NCBI GenBank assembly: GCA_963702095.1
Contig: OY969706.1
Location: 2,688,001-2,752,000 of the forward strand
Direction of reading: 5' to 3'
Length of the DNA: 64,000 nucleotides
Source: Candidatus Bathyarchaeota archaeon
Lineage (GTDB): Archaea > Thermoproteota > Bathyarchaeia > Bathyarchaeales > Bathycorpusculaceae
In this document: positions 1 through 9,682 of the stretch, in pieces
How the letters are laid out: each line of letters begins with the position of its first letter
Position numbering within the stretch: position 1 is the first letter of the stretch
Notes under the pieces: model-generated
What the model was told of the DNA's origin: nothing
The model's database searches: none
What the model saw: the letters and a program-made list of their open reading frames with translations, nothing else
Program-made: the position numbers and the translations under genes

Positions 1-165
1 CGTCAACGTTAGGTACTGCTTCAATGATGAAGCGGCAAGGCAACTTGTTCTCAAACTATCAAACAATTAAAAAAACCGATAGACCACGCAGTGAGCTTCC
101 GAGACAGCAATCAAGATGGATAAGCGTTAAATCTTATGGGTAGAGAACTTATCTGGTGAAGCTTA

Positions 166-369
166 GTGGTTAATGTGGCTTTGATGTTGGCTGGGTTTAT
201 TGTGGTTGCATTGGGCGTACTGGCTGGGGCTTATTTGATTTTTGGGAGGCATCGAGGCACCCTCATGTTTAAGCCTCTTTCTGTGAAATCTAATTTAGCT
301 GGCAACATCCCCTTCGCCCTAGGAGCATTAGGAATCGCTCTTGTCGCCGCAGGCTGGATTATGCCATAA
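166..369 (+). CDS. small membrane protein, two predicted TM helices
   Basis: 67-aa ORF with two hydrophobic segments; GTG start preceded by GGTGA and a TTAAA box. Confidence 0.6.
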   Translation: MVNVALMLAGFIVVALGVLAGAYLIFGRHRGTLMFKPLSVKSNLAGNIPFALGALGIALVAAGWIMP

Positions 370-394
370 AAAATCAGTTGTTGCATGTAACAGC

Positions 395-540
395 TTTCCA
401 GCAGGTTTGTTTTTCTTGTATTAGAAGAGGAGAGGACCGCCCTTATTCATCATCTTTCTGTGGGCTGGGCTGTGGCGCCAATTTTGTGTTCTGCCTCAGT
501 GCTGGGTTGCAGGGTGGTTGTGGAGGATTCTACAGGCTGA
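395..540 (-). repeat. intergenic repeat copy, modules M3+M4
   Basis: Reverse complement reads ctccacaaccaccctgcaaccc...aaaa then aagatgatgaataagggcgg..ctctcctcttctaa..agaaaaaca; matches copies at 24091 and 32140. Confidence 0.75.
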
Positions 541-587
541 AGGAATGCATCTCAAAAAGGGGCTCGATTGTCTATAAAAGAAGTCAC

Positions 588-634
588 TGGTATTGAGGGT
601 GGGTTTTAAACCCGTGAACCCTGCGGGGATAAGA
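588..634 (-). repeat. degenerate copy of the 3' half of tRNA-Leu(GAG), att-like relic
   Basis: 35 of 47 ungapped identities to 1328-1374, running from the CCA end to the 3' arm of the anticodon stem. Confidence 0.75.
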
Positions 635-635
635 A

Positions 636-773
636 ATGAATGCCAAAAGCCACGACGAAGTCATAAAAAAGCTACTCACCGAACGGAAAAAAATCCCCTG
701 CTCCATGTTCGGTTCAAACCGCAAACTTACATCTTTCACAGAAGAGGACCGGGCAGAGTTCCATGAGCTGTAA
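636..773 (+). CDS. VapB-like antitoxin, probably N-terminally truncated (45 aa; not in ORF track)
   Basis: MNAKSHDEVIKKLLTERKKIPCSMFGSNRKLTSFTEEDRAEFHEL; overlaps the PIN gene start; S(Y/H)DEVI..LL and FTEEDR segments resemble archaeal antitoxins. Confidence 0.65.
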   Translation: MNAKSHDEVIKKLLTERKKIPCSMFGSNRKLTSFTEEDRAEFHEL

Positions 774-1173
774 CTTCGTAATCGACACTTACGCCTGGAT
801 TGAGTATTTTAAAGCTTCAGAAATGGGCGAAACTGCAAAGGAATACATAGAAAGCGAGGGTGCAGTAACGCCGACGATTGTGGTGTCAGAAATTAGCCGA
901 AAACTGGTAAAAGACATTGTGCTTGGGAATGAAACGCATGAAGGGCGACTACGACGGCTTGAGTTCATAAGGGCATCAAGCAGGATAGTGGAGTTGGATT
1001 TTGAAACCGCGGTGGAAGCTGGCAAAATCAGTGAAGAACTCAGCGATCAAGCGAAGGGAGGGGGTTTGGCGGATTCAATTATACTTTGCATTGCCAGAGG
1101 CTTAAACGGAAAAGTGGTCACTGGCGACGAGCATTTCCGTAAATTAGATAACGTAGTTTTTATCAAAAAATAA
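763..1173 (+). CDS. vapC: PIN-domain VapC toxin
   Basis: VIDTYAWIEYF, ADSII and VTGDEHF PIN motifs. Confidence 0.9.
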   Translation: MSCNFVIDTYAWIEYFKASEMGETAKEYIESEGAVTPTIVVSEISRKLVKDIVLGNETHEGRLRRLEFIRASSRIVELDFETAVEAGKISEELSDQAKGGGLADSIILCIARGLNGKVVTGDEHFRKLDNVVFIKK

Positions 1174-1204
1174 CCGCCTTGCCAATTGAACATGCTGTTG
1201 CGGT

Positions 1205-1315
1205 CTCCACAACCAGCCAGCAACCCACCACAGACGCAGACGCCAAAATCCAACTCATAACACAAAGCATTGGTTGTTGTTGTGTATAGGGACTTTTCGG
1301 CAACAACTTCTATAG
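1205..1315 (+). repeat. intergenic repeat copy, module M3 followed by hairpin module M2 (1272-1315)
   Basis: ctccacaaccagccagcaaccc...gccaaaa then GTTGTTGTTGTGTATAGGGACTTTTCGGCAACAAC. Confidence 0.8.
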
Positions 1316-1327
1316 AAGAAAGGGGTT

Positions 1328-1415
1328 TGGTGCGGAGGGTGGGATTTGGACCCACGAACCCCTGCGGGATAAGAGCCTCAGTCTTACGCCTTTGACCATG
1401 CTTGGCGACCTCCGC
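1328..1415 (-). tRNA. tRNA-Leu(GAG) with encoded CCA
   Basis: Cloverleaf GCGGAGG acceptor, anticodon stem TAAGA/TCTTA with loop CTGAGGC, long variable arm, ends ACCA. Confidence 0.95.
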
Positions 1416-1716
1416 TAAACTACTACCATTTGAGGCTGCGCGGAGATATAGAAACATCTAGCCCAAATAAAGGCTTTACCGTAGAACAACGCCACTTAAC
1501 GATGAAGCCTTCGTCGAGTCCCATGTTTTTGAGGGCAAAAGAGTTTGCCCAACCGAAAAGTTGGGTTTAATTGATCAATCCTGTGCTAGCTACGGGCCGA
1601 TGCTTTTGGACCCGCATTAACGGTCACTATGTTTATTCTGCCGTGGCTGAATCATATGGTGGAAAAACAACACGTATTCCAAAAGGAATAAAACCACAGG
1701 GTACCCATTACTCATC

Positions 1717-2271
1717 GTGTTTCCAACCCTCGAAGACATAGCCAAACGCCGACGCCAACTCGGCCTAAAACAGTCCGAACTCGCCAAAGCCGCAAGCGTA
1801 AGCCAATCCCTCATAGCCAAACTCGAAGCAGGAACCATCGACTCATCCTACAGCAAAGTAAAAACCATCTTCGACGTACTCGAACGCTTAGAATTCAAAA
1901 CCAAAATCCAAGCAGAAAAAGTCATCCATAGCGAAGTTATAAGCGTCCAAAAAGAAGAGCATATCTCAGAAGTCGTCAAAGTCATGAAGGAACACGGTAT
2001 CTCGCAGATGCCGGTTTTTGATGGAAAACAATCCGTCGGCAGCATCTCTGAGAAAGCGATTCTTTACCAGATTTTGGCTGGCCAGGATTTAGAGGTGATT
2101 TCTAGGCAACCCGCGGAGAAGATTATGGAGGATCCTTTTCCCCAGATTAACGAGAACGCGCCGTTGTCTTTGATTACGAGTTTGTTGCAGAGTTATTCGG
2201 CGGTTCTGGTTTCTAGGAAAGGCGAGATTGTGGGGATTATTACGAAGGCTGACTTGCTTAGGATACTTTGA
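1717..2271 (+). CDS. XRE-type HTH plus CBS-pair transcriptional regulator
   Basis: RRRQLGLKQSELAKAASVSQSLIAKLEAG HTH; ISQMPV and GIITKADLL CBS motifs. Confidence 0.9.
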   Translation: MFPTLEDIAKRRRQLGLKQSELAKAASVSQSLIAKLEAGTIDSSYSKVKTIFDVLERLEFKTKIQAEKVIHSEVISVQKEEHISEVVKVMKEHGISQMPVFDGKQSVGSISEKAILYQILAGQDLEVISRQPAEKIMEDPFPQINENAPLSLITSLLQSYSAVLVSRKGEIVGIITKADLLRIL

Positions 2272-2419
2272 GGGCATTTTTTAAGTATGACTCCACTCTA
2301 CCGTGTATTGTTATGGTGCTTTTCTTTTGCGCGCCCAAAGAACGTGGTCTACGGGGCAACTGGAGGGCACCGAAAGATAGGCGCCAACTGTACCGGCGCA
2401 TTGAGAAGCGTGTGGCAAC

Positions 2420-3343
2420 ATGAAAATAAACAATACAGTGTTAGATACAATAGGCAAAACACCACTTGTAAAAATAAACAAGCTAACCGAAGGCATAGAC
2501 GCCGCCATAGTTGGCAAACTTGAATCCAAAAACCCCGGCGGAAGCGTCAAAGACCGCGTATGCAAAAGCATGATTGATGAAGCTGAAAAGCAGGGCATCA
2601 TAAAACCCGGCGCAACCCTTATCGAACCCACATCAGGCAACACAGGCATCGGACTCGCCATGGTCGCAGCCGTCAAGGGCTACAAGCTCATCTTAACCAT
2701 GCCTGAAACCATGAGCTTAGAACGCCGCAACCTCCTAAAAGCTTATGGAGCACAACTTGTCCTGACACCGGGACCATACGGAATGGGAGGCGCCATCAAA
2801 AGAGCCGAAGAACTCGTTGCCGCCACACCAGATAGCTTTATGCCGCAGCAATTCAAAAACCTTGCCAACCCCAAAGTCCACCGGGAAACCACTGGACCCG
2901 AAATCTGGGAAGACACCGACGGCAAAGTCGACATACTCGTAGCAGGCGTCGGCACAGGCGGAACCATCACAGGCGTTGCACAGTACATAAAACCCAAGAA
3001 ACCGGCTTTCAAAGCTATAGCTGTTGAACCTGCGGGTTCTCCAGTGCTTAGCGGAGGCAAAAAGGGCGCCCACATAATACAGGGCATCGGTGCGGGCTTC
3101 AAACCGGATGTTTTGCAGATGGAGCTTGTGGATGAAGTTGTGGAGGTAACCGATGAAGATGCACTTAAGACTGCTAGGGCGCTTGCGCAGAAAGAAGGTT
3201 TACTGGTGGGTATTTCTGCTGGCGCAGCGACTTGGGCAGCGCTGGAAGTTGCAAAGCGCCCGATAAACAAGGGCAAACTAATCGTGGTTATCCTGCCAGA
3301 TACAGGCGAACGCTACCTCAGCACGCCGCTTTTCAAAGAGTAG
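2420..3343 (+). CDS. cysK: cysteine synthase A (O-acetylserine sulfhydrylase)
   Basis: [12 protein letters not shown]-lysine motif, [23 protein letters not shown]. Confidence 0.95.
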   Translation: MKINNTVLDTIGKTPLVKINKLTEGIDAAIVGKLESKNPGGSVKDRVCKSMIDEAEKQGIIKPGATLIEPTSGNTGIGLAMVAAVKGYKLILTMPETMSLERRNLLKAYGAQLVLTPGPYGMGGAIKRAEELVAATPDSFMPQQFKNLANPKVHRETTGPEIWEDTDGKVDILVAGVGTGGTITGVAQYIKPKKPAFKAIAVEPAGSPVLSGGKKGAHIIQGIGAGFKPDVLQMELVDEVVEVTDEDALKTARALAQKEGLLVGISAGAATWAALEVAKRPINKGKLIVVILPDTGERYLSTPLFKE

Positions 3344-3426
3344 GCGCATCTTCTAACATTTAACCATTTTTTTGTGACGCTTCTCTTATATCCACCCTCA
3401 GCCAATATTGAGGAAAGGGAAAAGAC

Positions 3427-4473
3427 ATGACTTCAAACCCCAACGAGCATCGACCAAAAGACTGCACTGAATGCTGCGAAAAAAACAGGGACCTTGACTG
3501 CTGGAACCCAGACCGCATGCTAGAAGTACTTATGAAAAACAACCATAATGTGGAGCGGGACTGGATGGTGCAAGGCATCCCCAAACTGGTAGACGACATA
3601 CTGGTCAGCTACGAAAGGTTCGGCAGCATGGAGCATATTGAAGGACGCGACCTTCCCTCCAAAAAAGTCGTCATAGAAGTATTAGACGACCTCTTCACTG
3701 TTCTTTTCCCAGGTTACATGGGGCCTCCTGAACTCACCCAAGCCAACGTCAAATACCATTTGGGCACAAAAATAACCTCAATCTACACGCGACTAACCGA
3801 CGAAGTAGAAAAAAGCCTAAAGTACATCTGCAGAAAAATCAGCGAGTGCCCACAGGACATATGCCAAAAACGTGCCCATGTCGTGGCGCGGGAACTGCTT
3901 GAAAAGCTGCCGGAGATTCGAGCTAAACTCAGCGGCGACATCGAAGCAGCCTACAGCGGTGACCCAGCGGCGGTCAGCACAGACGAAGTCATCTTAAGCT
4001 ACCCCTGTGTACTTGCAATAACCACTTACAGATTAGCCCATGAACTCTACCTTGAAGGCGTACCCTTGATCCCACGCATCATGAGCGAACACATGCATTC
4101 CTTAACAGGTATCGACATTCACCCGGGCGCGAAAATAGGCAAAAACTTCTTCATCGACCACGGGACAGGCGTGGTCATCGGCGAAACCACAGAAATAGGC
4201 GACAACGTCAAACTCTACCAAGGCGTCACGTTGGGCGCATTGAGTTTTCCAAAAGACGAAAAAGGCAATATTATCAAAGGCCGCAAACGCCACCCAACCG
4301 TGGGTAACAACGTCGTCATTTACTCTGGCGCAACCCTGCTTGGAGCAGAAACCGTGATCGGGGACAACGTCGTCATAGGAGGCAATGTCTGGCTGACGGG
4401 TCCTGTTGCTGCGGGAACAAGGATTACCATTGCAGAGCCTGAACAGAAGTATAAGATGGAAAACCACCACTAA
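3427..4473 (+). CDS. cysE: serine O-acetyltransferase (long EpsC-like form)
   Basis: [39 protein letters not shown] motifs. Confidence 0.92.
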   Translation: MTSNPNEHRPKDCTECCEKNRDLDCWNPDRMLEVLMKNNHNVERDWMVQGIPKLVDDILVSYERFGSMEHIEGRDLPSKKVVIEVLDDLFTVLFPGYMGPPELTQANVKYHLGTKITSIYTRLTDEVEKSLKYICRKISECPQDICQKRAHVVARELLEKLPEIRAKLSGDIEAAYSGDPAAVSTDEVILSYPCVLAITTYRLAHELYLEGVPLIPRIMSEHMHSLTGIDIHPGAKIGKNFFIDHGTGVVIGETTEIGDNVKLYQGVTLGALSFPKDEKGNIIKGRKRHPTVGNNVVIYSGATLLGAETVIGDNVVIGGNVWLTGPVAAGTRITIAEPEQKYKMENHH

Positions 4474-4542
4474 GCTAAAAGTTACGTGGGCGGTTCCTCT
4501 TTAATCTGTCCTTGAATGTTTTTGTGAGAGGATTCTTTTCTT

Positions 4543-4718
4543 TCTTTATGTGGTGTGGCGTTTTGTGGGGTGCCACAAGACTGCAATTGGGCGCGGTTGC
4601 TTTTTGGGGTTACAATGGTTTTTGGCGTCTGTTACGGTGTGAGATAAGCGTTTTTCGCCACACGCCCAACATGGCTCTATGTTGAAGCCGCCCCCGTGTG
4701 GATGTGAAGGCATGCACC
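4543..4718 (-). repeat. ~175-bp intergenic repeat module M1, copy A
   Basis: Collinear with 36219, 42080 and 54121 copies; shared blocks ccatgt, gcgtgtgg, aaaaagcaaccg, caattgc, gtcttgtggca, cacataaa. Confidence 0.85.
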
Positions 4719-4816
4719 ATCCGGATTAACTCCGCAAGCCCCAACACGGGGAGAGTTCAATCAACAAAAAATCTTTGATCTACTGTTATTGAAGAAAAAT
4801 ACAGAAATAAGAGGAC

Positions 4817-5260
4817 TTAGAGTAGCCGAAAGTTTTCTTTAACCGTCGTCAACACTACATGCGTGTTTGTTCGCTCGATATAGGGCAGTGAAAGCAACTT
4901 CTTTGTGAATGCGCCTAGGTCTTCTCGACTCTTGAATTTGGCGACGATTATGGCGTCGGTTAATCCCGTGACATCGTAGACTCCGCAGACATTGGGGATT
5001 TTTGCGATTTCAGTTTCTGTCTCCATTAGTTTGCCTTTTGAAACGGTGATTTCAGTTAAAACGGTTAATTGGAAACCCAGTTTTTCATGGTCCAATATGA
5101 CTGAGTAACCTTTGATTAAGCCGTCGTCTTCCATTTTTTTGATTCTGGATAGGACGGTTCCCACGGATACGCCGACGTTTTTGGCGATTTGGCGGCTGGA
5201 GAACCTGGCGTCTTCTAGGAGCCCCTTGAGAATTTTTACGTCTGTTTCGTTTAATTCCAT
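4817..5260 (-). CDS. Lrp/AsnC family transcriptional regulator
   Basis: N-terminal HTH (DARFSSRQIAKNVGVSVGTVLSRIKKMEDDG) and YDVTG RAM domain. Confidence 0.92.
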   Translation of the reverse strand: MELNETDVKILKGLLEDARFSSRQIAKNVGVSVGTVLSRIKKMEDDGLIKGYSVILDHEKLGFQLTVLTEITVSKGKLMETETEIAKIPNVCGVYDVTGLTDAIIVAKFKSREDLGAFTKKLLSLPYIERTNTHVVLTTVKENFRLL

Positions 5261-5464
5261 AACTTGTTTCCTGCACGTTCTTTCAATTTAGCCCCACTTT
5301 ATGGAACATACTTTTGATAATCTGTCGATAACGTTAATAAAAGTTTAGTTTGCAACCGCCGATAACGTCCCCTAAAAAGGCAAAGATGCATCAAGCTGCA
5401 TTCTCAAAACGTAGATAGTAATCTTAAATTAGACCTAAAGCCACCAATAGTTCTGAGCCGCACT

Positions 5465-7014
5465 ATGTCAACAAAATACGACACCATACTTGTCTTAGAC
5501 TTCGGAGGACAATACTGCCACCTAATCGGCAGAAGAATCCGAGAACACGGCGTCTACAGCGAAATCGTCGCCCACGACATATCCCCCGAAGAAGTGGCGG
5601 CTCTAAACCAAAAATACAACGTTAAAGGCTTAATTCTCTCAGGCGGACCCTCAAGCGTGTATGAACCCAACGCGCCCAAACTCCACCCACGCATCTTAGA
5701 AACGGACCTGCCTATGTTGGGCTTATGCTATGGTCATCAGCTTCTGGCACAGCTTGTCAACGGCAAAGTTGAGCCTGCAACCTGCAAAGAATACGGCATA
5801 GCGCAGGTTGACATTGACAAGCCTGTGGGCATCCTTGAGGGTTTGAACATGAAAGAGCAGGTCTGGATGAGCCACGGCGACACCGTCATGGCACCGCCTC
5901 CAGGATTTGAAACCCTCGCCCACACCGACAGTTGCCCCGTCGCAGCATTCCGCCACAAAACCAAACCCATCTACGGCTTACAGTGGCATCCAGAAGTCAT
6001 CCATACCCAAAACGGCATGCGGATGCTTCAAAACTTTATCTTCCAAGTCTGCAAAGCTCGGGCTAACTGGCAGATGGAAGACTTAATCCCCAAAATGGTC
6101 AAAGAAATCCAGACTGAGTCCGCAGGCGGCAGAGCCATAATCGGCCTAAGCGGCGGCATCGACTCAAGCGTCGCCACAGCGTTAGCAGCTAAGGCACTTG
6201 GTGAAAAACTCACCGCCGTCTACGTTGACCACGGCTTCATGAGGGAAGGCGAAACAGAAGCCATCCGAACAGCGTTTGAGAAATTTGATATCCGCTTTAT
6301 CGTTGCCGACGCACAGGAACGCTTCATGAACAGGCTAAGAGGCGTCGTCGAACCAGAAACCAAACGCAAAATCATGGGCGAAGAATTTATCCGTGTCTTC
6401 GAAGAAATCGCCAACGAATCAGGCGCAGAATACCTCATCCAAGGCACCATTTACCCCGACAGAATAGAATCAGGCTTCCGCAAAAACAGCGACAAAATCA
6501 AATCTCACCACAATGTCGCTGGGTTGCCTGAGAAAATCAAGTTCAAAAAAATCCTCGAGCCCCTACGCGACCTCTACAAAGACGAGGTCCGCAAAGTAGC
6601 CCGCATGCTTGAGTTGCCCAAAGAAATCGTTAATCGCCAACCCTTCCCGGGCCTGGCTTAGCAGTCCGCATCATCGGGCCACTAACCGAGGAGAAGGTGA
6701 AGATTGCCAAGACATCCGACAGAATCGTGCGTGAAGAAATCGAACGCTGTGATTTTGTCGAAAGCCTCTGGCAGTACTTTTCAGTGGTCACTGACACCAA
6801 AGCTACAGGCGTTAAGGGTGACGCGCGGGCATATGGTTATGTGGTGGCTGTCCGCGCTATGGAGAGTCGTGAAGCCATGACTGCCAGCTTCGCAAAACTG
6901 CCCTACTCCGTGTTGGAGCGGATTTCGACGAGGATTACAAACGAGATTCCGCAGGTGACACGTGTGGTTTATGATGTTACGCATAAGCCTCCTGCAACAA
7001 TAGAGTGGGAATAA
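5465..7014 (+). CDS. guaA: GMP synthase (fused GATase and ATPPase), apparent frameshift near 6650
   Basis: LDFGGQY, GLCYGHQ, SGGIDS, IKSHHNV; PFPGPGLA restored by one extra G; ends KPPATIEWE. Confidence 0.92.
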
Positions 7015-7184
7015 ACCACTAAACCCTTTTTCCAACAGTTAATGAGCGCCTTTTTGACCAATAGGGCGCTACCTCTTAGAAAAACCGTTGACATTTGAAA
7101 CCAATCGGAAAGGTAGGGATTGTTTGTCCATAACTGTTTATATAAAAAAGGGTAAATAGGGTATAGTTATCAAAAGGTGATACT

Positions 7185-8249
7185 GTGAAGGCGTTGATTT
7201 TAGCAGGCGGTTTCGCCACACGGCTGCGACCGCTCAGCTGTGTACGTCCAAAAACTCTTTTTCCAATAGTCAACAAACCCCTGTTACAATGGATTTTCGA
7301 GCGGTTATCAGCGGGCGGCGTAGACGAAGCCATACTTGCAGTCAACGCATTAACCCAGTTCTACATACGGCAGCATAAACCGCCCAAATGCGGTTTAAAA
7401 GTCCGTTTCTCCATCGACCCGCCTAAAATGCCGCTGGGCACCGCCGGTCCCATAAAGAAGGCGGAGAAACTCATCGGACACACCGAACCCTTCATCGCAT
7501 TAAACGGCGACATCTTCGCAGACATAGACTACAAGAAACTCATAGAAACACACAAAAAAACAAACGCCCTAGCCACCATCGCACTCTGCAAGGTTGAGGA
7601 CCCCTCCAGCTTCGGCGTCGCGGAATGCAACGGCAACATAATCAAACGCTTTATAGAAAAACCGCCCAAAGGCACAGCGCCAAGCAACCTCATAAACGCA
7701 GGCGCCTACGTGCTAGACCCTGAAGTTTTCAACTATATCCCCGAGGGCAAAGGGGTCTCGATTGAGCGCGAAGTCTTTCCAAAGTTGGCGTCGGAAGGGC
7801 GTCTCGGTGGCTTCTGTATGGAGGGATTGTGGATGGACATCGGTAAACCCCAAGAGTACCTAGAGACTAACAAAATCATTCTTGACTTCATCGCCGACAC
7901 ATTAGAGAAGCCGCATGCAGGCAACTACGTGTTAAACGAGCCAGTCGCCTTCGACGTCGGTGTCTCTGTGGGCGAACAATCCACTGTTGGGCCCTATGCT
8001 ATTTTGGGTAAAAACGTCAAAGTAGGAAAAAACGTTCGTATCAACAACTCGGTGGTCTTTGCGGAGGCAGTAATCGGCGACGGCGCAACCCTAAACGGAG
8101 CCATCGTCGGAGAAGCCGCGCACATAGGCAAAAACGTCAAGTTAGGCGAAGGCTGCATAATCGGCGACCTAGCTAAAATCCGAGACAACGTTCACCTGAA
8201 TGATAGTTCAACGGTATGTCCAGCTAAAGAGGTTTCTGAAAAGTTTTAA
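7185..8249 (+). CDS. NDP-sugar pyrophosphorylase (mannose-1-phosphate guanylyltransferase-like) with LbH tail
   Basis: LAGGFATRLRPLS..PK, PLGTAG, FIEKP, WMDIG, hexapeptide repeats. Confidence 0.9.
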   Translation: MKALILAGGFATRLRPLSCVRPKTLFPIVNKPLLQWIFERLSAGGVDEAILAVNALTQFYIRQHKPPKCGLKVRFSIDPPKMPLGTAGPIKKAEKLIGHTEPFIALNGDIFADIDYKKLIETHKKTNALATIALCKVEDPSSFGVAECNGNIIKRFIEKPPKGTAPSNLINAGAYVLDPEVFNYIPEGKGVSIEREVFPKLASEGRLGGFCMEGLWMDIGKPQEYLETNKIILDFIADTLEKPHAGNYVLNEPVAFDVGVSVGEQSTVGPYAILGKNVKVGKNVRINNSVVFAEAVIGDGATLNGAIVGEAAHIGKNVKLGEGCIIGDLAKIRDNVHLNDSSTVCPAKEVSEKF

Positions 8250-8297
8250 AACCCCAAGTCAACTGTTTAATACTACACAAGTCGAGTTGATGATTAC

Positions 8298-9668
8298 ATG
8301 AGTACAGGAAAGCTTTTTGGAACAAACGGCGTCCGAGGCCTAGTCAATGTTGAGTTGACGCCTGAAATGGCCATTAAAATCGGAGCGGCTATCGGAACTT
8401 TTTTTGGAAAAAACAAAAACCTGCTCTTGGGTCATGATGCCCGCACCAGCGGCCCCATGTTCTCCAGAGCAGTCATATCCGGCTTAACCGCCACAGGATG
8501 CAACGTTTACTTCGCGGGTATGGCGTCTACGCCTGCGTTGCAGTTTGCCACTAAAAACCACAAGATGGACGGCGGAGTCCTCATCACCGCATCCCATAAC
8601 CCCGCGGAGTACAATGGCATCAAAGTAATCTGGAACGACGGCATCGAAACCAGCCACGAACAGGAAACACAGATCGAAGACATCTACTTCAACAGCAAAA
8701 TCGTCTACGCAGAGTGGGACAAACTCGGCACAGTGCATGAGTTGCCGGGGATCAACGACGAATACAAAGACGCAATAAAAGACCACATCGACCCAGAAAA
8801 AATCGCTTCCAAACACTACCATGTGCTCGTAGATGCAGCCAACAGTGTCGGGGGAATCGCTTTGCCGCCGTTGCTGCGGGAACTGGGCTGCAAAGTCACA
8901 ACCTTAAACGCCAACATCGACGGCACCTTCCCAGGCAGACCGCCTGAACCCAGACCAGAGAACTTGGGCGACTTATCCGCGACGGTGAAAGCTGTCGGCG
9001 CAGACATGGGTGTTGCCTTCGACGGAGACGCAGACCGCTCCATATTCGCAGACGCCAACGGCACCATCTACTGGGGCGACAAAACGTTTGCCATAGTCAT
9101 CAAACAGTACCTGCTCAAGAATCCGGGCGCAAAAATTGTTACACCAGTAAGCAGCTCCACCCTAATCAAGGATACGGTTGAGGCTTACGGGGGCGAGTTA
9201 ACCTGGACAAAAGTTGGCAGCGTCACAGTTTCACAGAAGATGAAGGAAATCGGCGCGAAGTTGGGCGGGGAAGAGAACGGCGGCATCTTTTACGGTCCCC
9301 ACCAAGCAGTCCGAGACGGCGCCATGACCACCGCACTGCTACTCAACATCATGGCAGACACCGGGAAATCATTGACTGAACTCGTCGCTGAGGAACCACA
9401 ATACTTCATCGAGAAGGGCAAAGTCGAGTGCCCCAACGGCAAAAAAGATGCGCTGCAACAGAAAATCTATGAGCAAGTCAAAAACGAAAACGTCAGCACC
9501 ATAGACGGCGTGAAAATCTGGTTCAAAGACAGCAGTGCAATTCTAATTCGCCCAAGCGGCACAGAACCGGTTTTTCGGTTGTATGCTGAAGCCAAAGACG
9601 AGAAGACAGCGCTTAATCTGGTGGAAACCTACAGTTCAAAGCTAGAACAAATATTAGCGACAATCTAG
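8298..9668 (+). CDS. glmM: phosphoglucosamine/phosphomannomutase family
   Basis: FGTNGVRG, TASHNP, DGDADR, GEENGG, RPSGTEP. Confidence 0.9.
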   Translation: MSTGKLFGTNGVRGLVNVELTPEMAIKIGAAIGTFFGKNKNLLLGHDARTSGPMFSRAVISGLTATGCNVYFAGMASTPALQFATKNHKMDGGVLITASHNPAEYNGIKVIWNDGIETSHEQETQIEDIYFNSKIVYAEWDKLGTVHELPGINDEYKDAIKDHIDPEKIASKHYHVLVDAANSVGGIALPPLLRELGCKVTTLNANIDGTFPGRPPEPRPENLGDLSATVKAVGADMGVAFDGDADRSIFADANGTIYWGDKTFAIVIKQYLLKNPGAKIVTPVSSSTLIKDTVEAYGGELTWTKVGSVTVSQKMKEIGAKLGGEENGGIFYGPHQAVRDGAMTTALLLNIMADTGKSLTELVAEEPQYFIEKGKVECPNGKKDALQQKIYEQVKNENVSTIDGVKIWFKDSSAILIRPSGTEPVFRLYAEAKDEKTALNLVETYSSKLEQILATI

Positions 9669-9682
9669 GAACACAATAGCCA

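Noticed and set aside
1-69. Possible 3' end of a gene entering the window
   Set aside because: Only ~22 codons visible; no call can be supported.
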